From Candidatus Omnitrophota bacterium (GTDB taxonomy: Bacteria > Omnitrophota > Gorgyraeia > Gygaellales > Profunditerraquicolaceae): DNA of 48,275 nucleotides. The notes under the pieces were generated by a model that had not been told where the DNA came from, did no database searches, and worked only from the letters and a program-made list of their open reading frames with translations. Position numbers and translations under genes: made by a program. How positions within the stretch are numbered: the stretch's first letter is position 1; every line of letters starts with the position of its first letter. The stretch is from the NCBI GenBank assembly GCA_043802105.1, contig JAZDLL010000014.1, positions 1-48,275 on the forward strand, in the 5' to 3' direction. Of the stretch, positions 35,987-43,553 are shown piece after piece.

Positions 35987-36003
35987 GGTCAGCGCGGGGT
36001 GCC

Positions 36004-37182
36004 TTACTTAACGCTTTGCAATACCCCTTTTAATATCTCGATTGCCTGATCAACCTCTTTTTTAGTAACATTCAATGCCGGCATCAATCTTAAGACTTTA
36101 TCATGCGTACAATTAATTAATAAGCCTCTCTCCAGAGCTGCCTGCACAATCTGCTTTCCCGGAATATTTAATTCTATCCCCAGCATTAAGCCTAAGCCTC
36201 TTATTTCTTTGATTACCGGATAAACATCTTTAAGGAGAATTAATTTTTCTAAAAGGTACTTGCCTATATTCTGGCAATTACTTAAAATTTTCTCCTCCTG
36301 CATGGCCTTAAAGACCCCCAAAGCCGCCCTACAGATTACCGGGCCGCCCCCGAAAGTAGAGGCATGCATACCAGGAGCCAGGATGTCACTGAGTTCTTTT
36401 TTAGCAATCATCACCCCGATAGGTAAGCCTCCGCCCAAAGCCTTAGCTAAGGTCATTACATCAGGAATAATGCCATAATTCTGATAGCAAAACATCTTGC
36501 CTGTCCGGCCGATCCCGGTTTGCACCTCATCAATAATTAAAAGTAATTTTTTCTCATCGCATATCTTTCTTAAAGACAGAACAAAATCCCGGCTAGCGAC
36601 ATTAACCCCACCCTCACCCTGGACCAGTTCCAGCATAATCGCTACTGTTTTATCAGTAATCGCTTGTTTAACCGCAGCCAGATCATTAAACTTAACCTGT
36701 CTAAAACCTTCCGGCATCGGCTCAAAACCACTCTGATATTTTTCCTGGCCCGTAGCCGCCAAAGCCGCCAAAGTTCTACCGTGAAAAGCATTACCAAAAG
36801 TAATTATTTCATACCTGCCCTGGCCGAACTTCCTGGCTAATTTAATTGCCGCTTCATTGGCCTCGGCTCCGGAGTTGGCAAAAAATACTTTACCCGGAAA
36901 ACTTAAATAAATCAGCTCGCGAGCTAACTTGGCTTGAAAGGGATGATAATAATTATTCGACACAAAGATCAGCTTGCTGATCTGGTCCCGCACCCCTTGC
37001 ATGACCTTAGGATGACAGTGCCCTAAACTACCCACTCCCCAGCCCGGGAAGAAATCCAGATAAAGCTTACCGTGAATATCCCAAAGCCGCGAACCTTTCC
37101 CTTTAACAAAGATCAGCGGCACCTTGTTATAGGTGGGCATGATATTATCTTGATAAACTTTAAAGATTTCGTCTACCTTCAT
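36004..37182 (-). CDS. argD: Acetylornithine aminotransferase
   Basis: Class III aminotransferase blocks: FANSGAEANEAAIKLARK, LIIDEVQTGIGRTGK and TLAKALGGGLPIG (PLP Lys). Confidence 0.9.
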   Translation of the reverse strand: MKVDEIFKVYQDNIMPTYNKVPLIFVKGKGSRLWDIHGKLYLDFFPGWGVGSLGHCHPKVMQGVRDQISKLIFVSNNYYHPFQAKLARELIYLSFPGKVFFANSGAEANEAAIKLARKFGQGRYEIITFGNAFHGRTLAALAATGQEKYQSGFEPMPEGFRQVKFNDLAAVKQAITDKTVAIMLELVQGEGGVNVASRDFVLSLRKICDEKKLLLIIDEVQTGIGRTGKMFCYQNYGIIPDVMTLAKALGGGLPIGVMIAKKELSDILAPGMHASTFGGGPVICRAALGVFKAMQEEKILSNCQNIGKYLLEKLILLKDVYPVIKEIRGLGLMLGIELNIPGKQIVQAALERGLLINCTHDKVLRLMPALNVTKKEVDQAIEILKGVLQSVK

Positions 37183-37240
37183 TCATCCCCTTTCGCGAAG
37201 CTTCGGGGGATTTCGCTAGATAAAAACATTAGGGTGCTCA
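37183..37240 (-). repeat. Family C element, copy C3 (occupies the entire argB-argD gap)
   Basis: The minus strand reads TGAGCACC-CTAATGTTTTTATCT-AGCGAAATCC-CCCGAAGCTTCGCGAAAGGGGAT-GA-ATG. The TGA of the motif is the argB stop. The 3' arm GGGGAT of the hairpin ATCCCC/GGGGAT is the argD Shine-Dalgarno. Confidence 0.6.
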
Positions 37241-38092
37241 TTTTATAATCTCAGTTCCGATCCCGTGATCCGTAAAAATCTCTAGGAGTAGGCCATGCGG
37301 CGTGCGCGCATCTATAATATGCGTCTTCTTTACCCCGCCGGCTAAGGCTTCCACACAAGCCATCACCTTGGGGATCATCCCCTGCTGAATAATCTTATTA
37401 GCAATCAATCCCTTTACCTCCTCCACCGTCAAAGTCGAGATAAACGAATGCGCATCTTCCGGATTGCGCATAATTCCTTTAACATTGGTTAATAAAACAA
37501 GCTTTTCTGCCTGCATCTTGGCGGCCACGCTGGAGGCTGCCTCATCGGCATTTACATTATAAGTTTTTTTATCTTTTCCGCACCCCAAAGGCATAACCAC
37601 CACCACCCTATCTTTCTTTAACTCATCAGTCAATAACTCTGTATTAATGCCTTTAATTTGCCCCACCAAACCAATATCCACCTTGCTTTTCTTCTTCTCA
37701 ACCTGGATCAAATCATTTTCTTTGCCGTTTAAACCAACCGCCTTAGCACCTAAGAAATCTAATTCTTTTATAATTAACTTATTAAGCAATAGCAATTCCT
37801 CTTCTACTAACTGTAAGGTTTCTTCATCCGTAACCCGGATGCCTTCCACAAACTCCGCCTTCTTACCGGCTGAACGCATGCGTTCACTAATATTCGGGCC
37901 GCCGCCGTGCACCAGGATCGGCCGCAATCCCATAAAATTCAAAAATACAATATCCTCTAAAACACTATTGCGGATCTTCTCATCTCCCAAAATACTTCCG
38001 CCGTATTTAATGATAATTACCTTCTTATGAAACCTTTTAATATAAGGTAATGCCTCAATCAAAACATCTGCTTTTCTAATTGCGTCTTTCAT
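37238..38092 (-). CDS. argB: Acetylglutamate kinase
   Basis: IIIKYGGS, LVHGGGP and NVNADEAASSVAA are amino-acid kinase family blocks typical of ArgB. Confidence 0.93.
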   Translation of the reverse strand: MKDAIRKADVLIEALPYIKRFHKKVIIIKYGGSILGDEKIRNSVLEDIVFLNFMGLRPILVHGGGPNISERMRSAGKKAEFVEGIRVTDEETLQLVEEELLLLNKLIIKELDFLGAKAVGLNGKENDLIQVEKKKSKVDIGLVGQIKGINTELLTDELKKDRVVVVMPLGCGKDKKTYNVNADEAASSVAAKMQAEKLVLLTNVKGIMRNPEDAHSFISTLTVEEVKGLIANKIIQQGMIPKVMACVEALAGGVKKTHIIDARTPHGLLLEIFTDHGIGTEIIK

Positions 38093-38116
38093 TAGTCTCC
38101 TTACAACCTTGGCTGC

Positions 38117-39253
38117 TTAGTTATAAGCGGCATTAATTTTTACATACTCCAAAGAAAGGTCACAGGTATAGATTGTGCACTTGGCCTTACCTCGGGACAA
38201 ACTAACCGCCAGCCTGACTTTTTTCCCTTTTAGCGTACTGAGTTTTATTTTTAATTGTTCTTCTTTAATCCCCAGTCCGCTGGCGCCAACTGCCTGGGCT
38301 ATCCGGCCAAAATTCGGGTTTTCTCCAAAAACAGCAGTCTTAAAAAGCACGGAGTTGGCAATCTCCAAAGCTACTTTTTTTGCCTCCTCTGCGTGCTTAG
38401 CCTGATAAACATCAATCTGAATAAATTTAGTCGCTCCCTCAGCATCTGAAACCACCATTTTGGCTAAAACCATACAGATTAATTCCAGGGCTTTGGTGAA
38501 TTTCTCTAGATCTGCTCCGGCAGTAATAATTTTGTTGCCGGCTGCGGCGTTAGCCAACACCAAAACCGTATCATTAGTACTCATACACCCATCCACAGAG
38601 ATACAGTTAAAGGATTTATCGACTGCACCTGCTAAAGCTTTATTCAAAACCCGCTTGGAGATTACCGCATCCGTCATAATGAAACAAAGCATGGTCGCCA
38701 TATTGGGAGCAATCATACCGGCTCCTTTGGCGATCCCGCAGATGTGCACCAACTTATCCCCGATCTTTATTCTTAAGGTTACTTCTTTAGGAAAAGTATC
38801 CGTGGTCATAATCGCCATTTTAGCCTTGTGAATACCGGAACCGGATAATCCAGAAACTAATTCCGGTATCCCTTCTTTAATCTTTCCTAGATCCAGTCTC
38901 TTGCCGATAATTCCCGTAGAACTAACCAAGATACTATTTTTGTTTATCCCTAACGCCTGCGCAACGTAGGAAGCTGCCTCTTGGGCATCCTTAATGCCGG
39001 ATTTACCGGTAAAACAATTCGCATTGCCGCTATTCACCAATACTGCCCGGAATCTCTTAAAAGTTTTTAAACGTTCTTGGCAAACAACCAAAGGCGCGGC
39101 AATTATACTATTGGTGGTAAATTTTGCGCAAGCCAAAGCCGGAAATCGCGAATAAATCAAAGCTAAATCCGGTCTACCGGATTTCTTTAATCCGCAGGCT
39201 ACCCCGCTAGCCTTAAATCCTTTAGGTAGAATGGCGTTCAAAATTTTCTTCAT
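38117..39253 (-). CDS. argJ: Bifunctional ornithine acetyltransferase / N-acetylglutamate synthase
   Basis: GFKASGVACGLKKSG, the autoproteolytic site ATMLCFIMTDA (A|TML) and TNDTVLVLAN. Confidence 0.93.
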   Translation of the reverse strand: MKKILNAILPKGFKASGVACGLKKSGRPDLALIYSRFPALACAKFTTNSIIAAPLVVCQERLKTFKRFRAVLVNSGNANCFTGKSGIKDAQEAASYVAQALGINKNSILVSSTGIIGKRLDLGKIKEGIPELVSGLSGSGIHKAKMAIMTTDTFPKEVTLRIKIGDKLVHICGIAKGAGMIAPNMATMLCFIMTDAVISKRVLNKALAGAVDKSFNCISVDGCMSTNDTVLVLANAAAGNKIITAGADLEKFTKALELICMVLAKMVVSDAEGATKFIQIDVYQAKHAEEAKKVALEIANSVLFKTAVFGENPNFGRIAQAVGASGLGIKEEQLKIKLSTLKGKKVRLAVSLSRGKAKCTIYTCDLSLEYVKINAAYN

Positions 39254-40284
39254 AATAATCCGGATGCCTCCGGTAGCTTATACATAATATTCATGTTCTG
39301 CACCGCTTGAGATGAGGCGCCTTTTAATAAATTATCAATCACCCCGATGGCGATAATATTCTTTCCAAAATCCTTAATTCCAATATCGCAGAAATTAGTC
39401 TTAACCACATCCTTGATCCTGGGAAAAACGCCCTCTGGCTTAATCCGGATGAAAGGTTCACCCTTATAAAACTTCTTATATAAATCTAGCAGGCCCTTGG
39501 GTTTTAACTTGGCACCGGGAACTTTCTTTAGATAAATCGTACAAAGGATTCCCCGCTCAATAGGTAAAAGATGCGGCACAAAGGTTACCTGAACTTTCTT
39601 GCCGGATAGCTTAGAAAGCAACTGATCTATTTCCGGAGCGTGCTGATGTACATTAACTTTATAAGCCCGAAAATCACCCTGGATCTCAGAAAATAAATAT
39701 TCGTTTTCCAGCTTCTTGCCGGCGCCGCTTACTCCGCTTTTGGCATCAATAATTATGGAATCGGTATCCACTAAATTTAGCGCCAGTAACGGGGCCAGCG
39801 ACAAGATCGCGCAAGTCGGATAACATCCCGGATTTGCTAAAAGCGAAGCCGTTTTTATTTTTGCCCGATTTAGTTCCGGTAGCCCATAAATTGCCTCTTT
39901 TAAGTTGCCTTTATCCTGATGAGTTACCTTATAGAATTTTTCATAAACCAAATGGTTCTTAATCCGGTAATCCGCGCTCAAATCAATAACTTTCTTTCCT
40001 AAACTTAAAAGCTTGGGTGCAAATTTCATGGAGACAGTGTGCGGCAGAGCCAGAAACACCAAATCACAATCTTTTTTTATTTCTGCCCAATCCGGTTTTT
40101 TGCAAATCAGATCAAGCCGATTTTTGAATTTGGGGAAAACATCTGAAATAATCTGAGCGCTGGGCGAGTTTCTACCGCTATTATAAAGATGGCAGATTTT
40201 TACGTTAGGATGGTTAAGCAAAAGCTCAATCAGCACCTCTCCGGTATGCCCGGTTGCCCCGATTATTCCCACATTGATCAACAT
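39250..40284 (-). CDS. argC: N-acetyl-gamma-glutamyl-phosphate reductase
   Basis: VGIIGATGHTGEVLIELL, the active-site block NPGCYPT and DAKSGVSGAG. RBS GAGGAGGAAG is present. Confidence 0.94.
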   Translation of the reverse strand: MLINVGIIGATGHTGEVLIELLLNHPNVKICHLYNSGRNSPSAQIISDVFPKFKNRLDLICKKPDWAEIKKDCDLVFLALPHTVSMKFAPKLLSLGKKVIDLSADYRIKNHLVYEKFYKVTHQDKGNLKEAIYGLPELNRAKIKTASLLANPGCYPTCAILSLAPLLALNLVDTDSIIIDAKSGVSGAGKKLENEYLFSEIQGDFRAYKVNVHQHAPEIDQLLSKLSGKKVQVTFVPHLLPIERGILCTIYLKKVPGAKLKPKGLLDLYKKFYKGEPFIRIKPEGVFPRIKDVVKTNFCDIGIKDFGKNIIAIGVIDNLLKGASSQAVQNMNIMYKLPEASGLL

Positions 40285-40319
40285 ACTTCCTCCTCGACGC
40301 TTAAGCTGATAATTGCTTT

Positions 40320-40348
40320 ATAATAGAATAAAATTAAACTTCCGTCAA
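40320..40348 (-). promoter_or_regulatory. Sigma70-like promoter for the arg-lys string
   Basis: The minus strand has TTGACG (40348-40343), a 17-nt spacer and TATTAT (40325-40320), about 35 nt upstream of the argC ATG. Confidence 0.45.
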
Positions 40349-40384
40349 GGTTTTTTCTCGTCGGAATAAAGATATAACTATTAC

Positions 40385-40560
40385 GTGTCTGTCTTGTCTT
40401 GTTTCTCGCAGGGACGCTGGTTGCGGCCCAGCGTGCCGCAACTGCGCTCGGGTCGGCTGCGTCGCTCTGCCTTGCTTCGTAATAGCCGGGCAACCGTGCC
40501 CGCTCCTTGCCTCCACGCCCTGCTCGAAATCAAGCCAAGCCAACCGCTGAAAATGTTACT
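40385..40560. other. Unclassified GC-rich structured island (candidate ncRNA or nest of GC hairpin elements); strand unresolved
   Basis: A sharp GC-rich block in AT-rich surroundings. Local hairpins are TTGCGGC-CCAGCGT-GCCGCAA (40421-40440) and GCCGGGCA-ACCG-TGCCCGC (40485-40503). A longer-range pairing is GCAGGGACGCTGG (40408-40420) with CCACGCCCTGC (40512-40522). Four mutually overlapping ORFs here look like GC artefacts. Confidence 0.4.
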
Positions 40561-40611
40561 AAGTGCCAAGCAAAAGACGGAAAACTAGCAGAAACGTAAT
40601 GCTCTATAAAC

Positions 40612-40640
40612 AAAAAATCCCGCTTTTACTAGAGCGGGAC
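40612..40640 (-). terminator. Rho-independent terminator after rpsI (bidirectional-looking)
   Basis: The minus strand reads TCCCGCT-CTAGTAAA-AGCGGGA-TTTTTTG. The plus strand also has CTTTTTG after the stem. Confidence 0.7.
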
Positions 40641-40676
40641 TTTTTGAAAAAGATTATATTTAAAAAAATCTTTAGC

Positions 40677-41072
40677 TTACCTCTTGGTCCACTGGAAGCG
40701 TTTACGCGCGCCTTTTAAGCCGTACTTCTTGCGTTCCTTCATCCGCGAATCACGGGTCAAATATCCATTCTTACGGAAAATTTCCTTAAAATTCTCATCC
40801 GCGATTAATAAGGCCCGGGAAATACCTAAACGCAAGGCACCGGCTTGGCCGGTCATTCCGCCGCCGGTAAGATTAGCGGTGATGTTAAATTTTCCGCTGC
40901 TTTCGGTAAGCGCTAAAGGCTGCAAAACAATAATCCGGTCAGTTTCGCGCAAGAAATATTTCTCAAAAGGCCGGCCATTAACCACTATCTTGCCGCTGCC
41001 CGCTTCCATCCGCACTCTAGCTGTTGATTCCTTACGCCTGCCTAACGCGTTATATTTAGTTAATTCACCCAT
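40677..41072 (-). CDS. rpsI: 30S ribosomal protein S9
   Basis: [12 protein letters not shown]...[19 protein letters not shown]...[29 protein letters not shown]. Confidence 0.97.
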   Translation of the reverse strand: MGELTKYNALGRRKESTARVRMEAGSGKIVVNGRPFEKYFLRETDRIIVLQPLALTESSGKFNITANLTGGGMTGQAGALRLGISRALLIADENFKEIFRKNGYLTRDSRMKERKKYGLKGARKRFQWTKR

Positions 41073-41510
41073 TTAACTCTTAACCTCCAAAACAAGCGGC
41101 TTTATGCCCGTCAGATCATGTTTATCATCAGCATAAACCCTTAATTTCTTAATTAAATCTCTGCCTAATGGGCCGATCGGAAGCATCCTCTCCACCGCTA
41201 AATGTATAACGGTAGTCGGCTTTTTCGCTAAAAGCACCTCTAATTTTACCTCACGCAATCCTCCGGGGTAACCGGAGTACCTGCGATAAACCTTTTGCTT
41301 AAGTTTACGCCCGGTGACTTTAATCTGGCTGGCATTAATTACAATTACCCCATCACCGGTATCCAGGTGTGGCGTAAATATAGGCTTATGCTTGCCCCTT
41401 AAGATAGCGGCAACCTTAGCCGCCAATCTTCCCAGGATCTGGCCCTTGGCGTCAACAATATACCATTTCCTTTTGATGTCTTCTGGTTTAGCTGTATAGG
41501 TCCTTTTCAT
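41073..41510 (-). CDS. rplM: 50S ribosomal protein L13
   Basis: KWYIVDAKGQILGRLAAKVAAILRGKHKPIFTPHLDTGD.VIVINA and GYPGGLR. Confidence 0.97.
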   Translation of the reverse strand: MKRTYTAKPEDIKRKWYIVDAKGQILGRLAAKVAAILRGKHKPIFTPHLDTGDGVIVINASQIKVTGRKLKQKVYRRYSGYPGGLREVKLEVLLAKKPTTVIHLAVERMLPIGPLGRDLIKKLRVYADDKHDLTGIKPLVLEVKS

Positions 41511-41519
41511 AGAAACGTA

Positions 41520-41547
41520 AGTATACCAGAATAAGAAACAAAGTCAA
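41520..41547 (-). promoter_or_regulatory. Sigma70-like promoter immediately upstream of rplM
   Basis: The minus strand has TTGACT (41547-41542), a 16-nt spacer and TATACT (41525-41520). The -10 ends only 9 nt before the rplM ATG, and no Shine-Dalgarno is visible. Confidence 0.4.
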
Positions 41548-41569
41548 ACTATTTTTTCTAATTTAATGA

Positions 41570-41612
41570 GGGCATAACTTATGGAGGCGTAGCCGACATA
41601 AGTTATCTGCCC
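41570..41612. repeat. Long hairpin (element D)
   Basis: GGGCA-TAACTTATG-[GAGGCGTAGCCGA]-CATAAGTTA-(TC)-TGCCC gives 14 bp with a 2-nt bulge. It sits 6 nt from family C copy C2. Confidence 0.5.
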
Positions 41613-41618
41613 GAATTT

Positions 41619-41680
41619 TGAGCACCTTGGTTCTAAATACAGCGAAATCCTTGCGAGCACAGCGAGCAAGGAAATCCCCC
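41619..41680 (+). repeat. Family C element, copy C2
   Basis: TGAGCACC-N14-AGCGAAATCC, then the hairpin TCCTTGC-[GAGCACAGCGA]-GCAAGGA. It lies between the truA stop and the rplM promoter. Confidence 0.55.
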
Positions 41681-41685
41681 GCAAT

Positions 41686-42447
41686 TTAATATATTACCTT
41701 GATCAAACAGAGGCCTTTGGCCGGAAGAGTCGGGCCAGCCAGCTTGCGATTACGCATTTTTAGGATTTTTTTCATACTCCCCTGGGGGAATCTTCCCCTG
41801 CCTATTTCTAATAACGTACCGGCGATACTTCTAACCATATTATACAAAAAACTATCTGCCTGAATGTCAATCTGCAACAGATCTTTAACCTTACTGACCT
41901 TGATCCGTTTAATCGTACGCACAGGGTTGCGCGTCCTGGTATCCGCTGCCTGAAACGAGGTAAAATCATGCCTGCCTAAAAGCGCCTTGGCTTCCCGGCG
42001 CATTAGGCCTAGATCAAGATGATGATGAAAGAAATACACGCGATTGGCCAGCAGGGCTGAAGAATATTTACGGTTTAAAATTGTATAACGATAAAGCTTA
42101 GATTTAGCACAGAAACGGCTGTTAAAATCTAAACCTACATTTTTAATTTGGGTTACTTTAATATCCTGCGGTAACAGGCAATTAATAGCCCAGCGTAATC
42201 TTTCAAAAGGCATCCGGGATGAACTTTTAAAATTGGCAACCTGGGAAAGAGCGTGCACCCCGGAATCTGTACGCCCGGCAACGGTAAGCTTAATATTCTC
42301 CTGGAGAATTTTTCTAAGGACCGCTTCTAAAACCTGCTGAATAGTCTGGCTGTTGCGGTAAATCGACCTGGCCTTTTTACCATTTTGCACCTGCCAACCA
42401 TAATAATGCGTGCCATCATACTCTATTTGGAGCTTGAAATTACGCAT
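41686..42447 (-). CDS. truA: tRNA pseudouridine(38-40) synthase
   Basis: KLQIEYDGTHYYGWQVQ, the catalytic Asp in VAGRTDSGVHA, and FLYNMVRSIAGTL. Confidence 0.93.
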   Translation of the reverse strand: MRNFKLQIEYDGTHYYGWQVQNGKKARSIYRNSQTIQQVLEAVLRKILQENIKLTVAGRTDSGVHALSQVANFKSSSRMPFERLRWAINCLLPQDIKVTQIKNVGLDFNSRFCAKSKLYRYTILNRKYSSALLANRVYFFHHHLDLGLMRREAKALLGRHDFTSFQAADTRTRNPVRTIKRIKVSKVKDLLQIDIQADSFLYNMVRSIAGTLLEIGRGRFPQGSMKKILKMRNRKLAGPTLPAKGLCLIKVIY

Positions 42448-43451
42448 TCAGCAATTTGAACAGCATTGGTGGCGGCACCTTTACGTAAATTATCCGCCAC
42501 TACCCACAACCATAACCCTTTTTTATTAAAAGCGTCCTGACGAATACGGCCGACAAAAGTTTCATCCGTGCCTTCAGCGTCTTTAGGCATAGGATATACA
42601 TTATTCTTCGGATCATCCATCACCACTACTCCCGGAGCGCCGGCTAATATTTTCCTGGCCTGCTGCGGGGTTACGGGTTTAACCGTTTCAATATAAATTG
42701 ACTCAGAATGCCCGGTTCTCACCGGCACACGCACAGTAGTGGCGGAAATTTTAATCTTTGGCGCATGCATAATTTTATGCGTCTCCTTAACCAATTTCCA
42801 CTCTTCATTAGTATAATCGCCATCCACAAAACTTCCGATATGCGGGAAACAATTATAAGCTAACTGCTGCGGCATATGCTTATGCGCAGCCTGAACGTGC
42901 AGGTTATTAAATCCGCCCAGGGCGATTAAATTCGTTTCTTCTTTTAACTGCTCCACCGCCCCGATACCTGCGCCGCTGGAAGCCTGCAAAGTAGTCACAA
43001 TAATCTTTTTTATTCCGAATTTCTTATGCAACGGATTAAGCGCCACCACCATCTGGATAGTAGAACAATTAGGATTAGCAATAATCCCTTTATGTTTCTT
43101 GACGTCCTTGGCATTAACTTCCGGAACCACCAAAGGAACTGCCGGATCCATCCGGAAATCCGCGCCATTATCAATAACGACTGCCCCTCTTTTTACTGCC
43201 TCGGCAGCATAAGTTACGGCAGCGCCCTTTTCGCCTTCGGTTCCGGCAAATAAAGCAATGTCTACTGCGTTAAATCCATCAGGAGTAATCGCTTGAACCG
43301 AATACACCTGGCCGTCAACATTAATATCGCGCGTAGAGCGCGCAAAAACCTTTAAAGTATTGATGGGAAAATCCCGCTGCTTTAAAACCCGCAGCATTTC
43401 TATCCCCACCACTCCTGCTCCAATTACCACTACATTATATTTTTTCATCAA
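42423..43451 (-). CDS. asd: Aspartate-semialdehyde dehydrogenase
   Basis: VVVIGAGVVG, the active-site Cys in IANPNCSTIQM, SSGAG and RVPVRTGHS. Confidence 0.93.
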   Translation of the reverse strand: MMKKYNVVVIGAGVVGIEMLRVLKQRDFPINTLKVFARSTRDINVDGQVYSVQAITPDGFNAVDIALFAGTEGEKGAAVTYAAEAVKRGAVVIDNGADFRMDPAVPLVVPEVNAKDVKKHKGIIANPNCSTIQMVVALNPLHKKFGIKKIIVTTLQASSGAGIGAVEQLKEETNLIALGGFNNLHVQAAHKHMPQQLAYNCFPHIGSFVDGDYTNEEWKLVKETHKIMHAPKIKISATTVRVPVRTGHSESIYIETVKPVTPQQARKILAGAPGVVVMDDPKNNVYPMPKDAEGTDETFVGRIRQDAFNKKGLWLWVVADNLRKGAATNAVQIAECVISSSK

Positions 43452-43476
43452 ACTACTCCTCTGTTAAAACATTTAG

Positions 43477-43551
43477 ATTAGCGGGTGGCGATGACTGATT
43501 CCGAGGCCGGTAAATGCGGCCGAGGAACAGTCATCGACAGGACCCGCTAAT
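43477..43551 (-). repeat. Family B hairpin element, copy B3 (same ends, different distal stem)
   Basis: The plus strand reads ATTAGCGGGTGG-CGATGACTGATTCCGAGGCCG-GTAAATG-CGGCCGAGGAACAGTCATCG-ACAGGACCCGCTAAT. The GCGGGTGG...ACAGGACCCGC ends match B2, but the about 20-bp distal stem is unrelated in sequence and still pairs. It starts 2 nt after the leuB stop. Confidence 0.65.
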
Positions 43552-43553
43552 AG

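Noticed and set aside
40320-40345. A possible ArgR ARG box (AGTTTAATTTTATTCTA) overlapping the arg promoter spacer.
   Set aside because: Only one half-site loosely resembles the TNTGAATWWWWATTCANW consensus. No argR gene is in the window and the region is generally AT-rich, so the match is not distinguishable from chance.
40278-40588. Four mutually overlapping ORFs (three minus, one plus; 62-71 aa) across the GC-rich island upstream of argC.
   Set aside because: They overlap one another in different frames. They are Arg/Ala/Pro/Gly-rich low-complexity translations typical of GC-rich noncoding DNA, lack RBSs and have no recognisable family. The region is treated as noncoding structured DNA or RNA instead.
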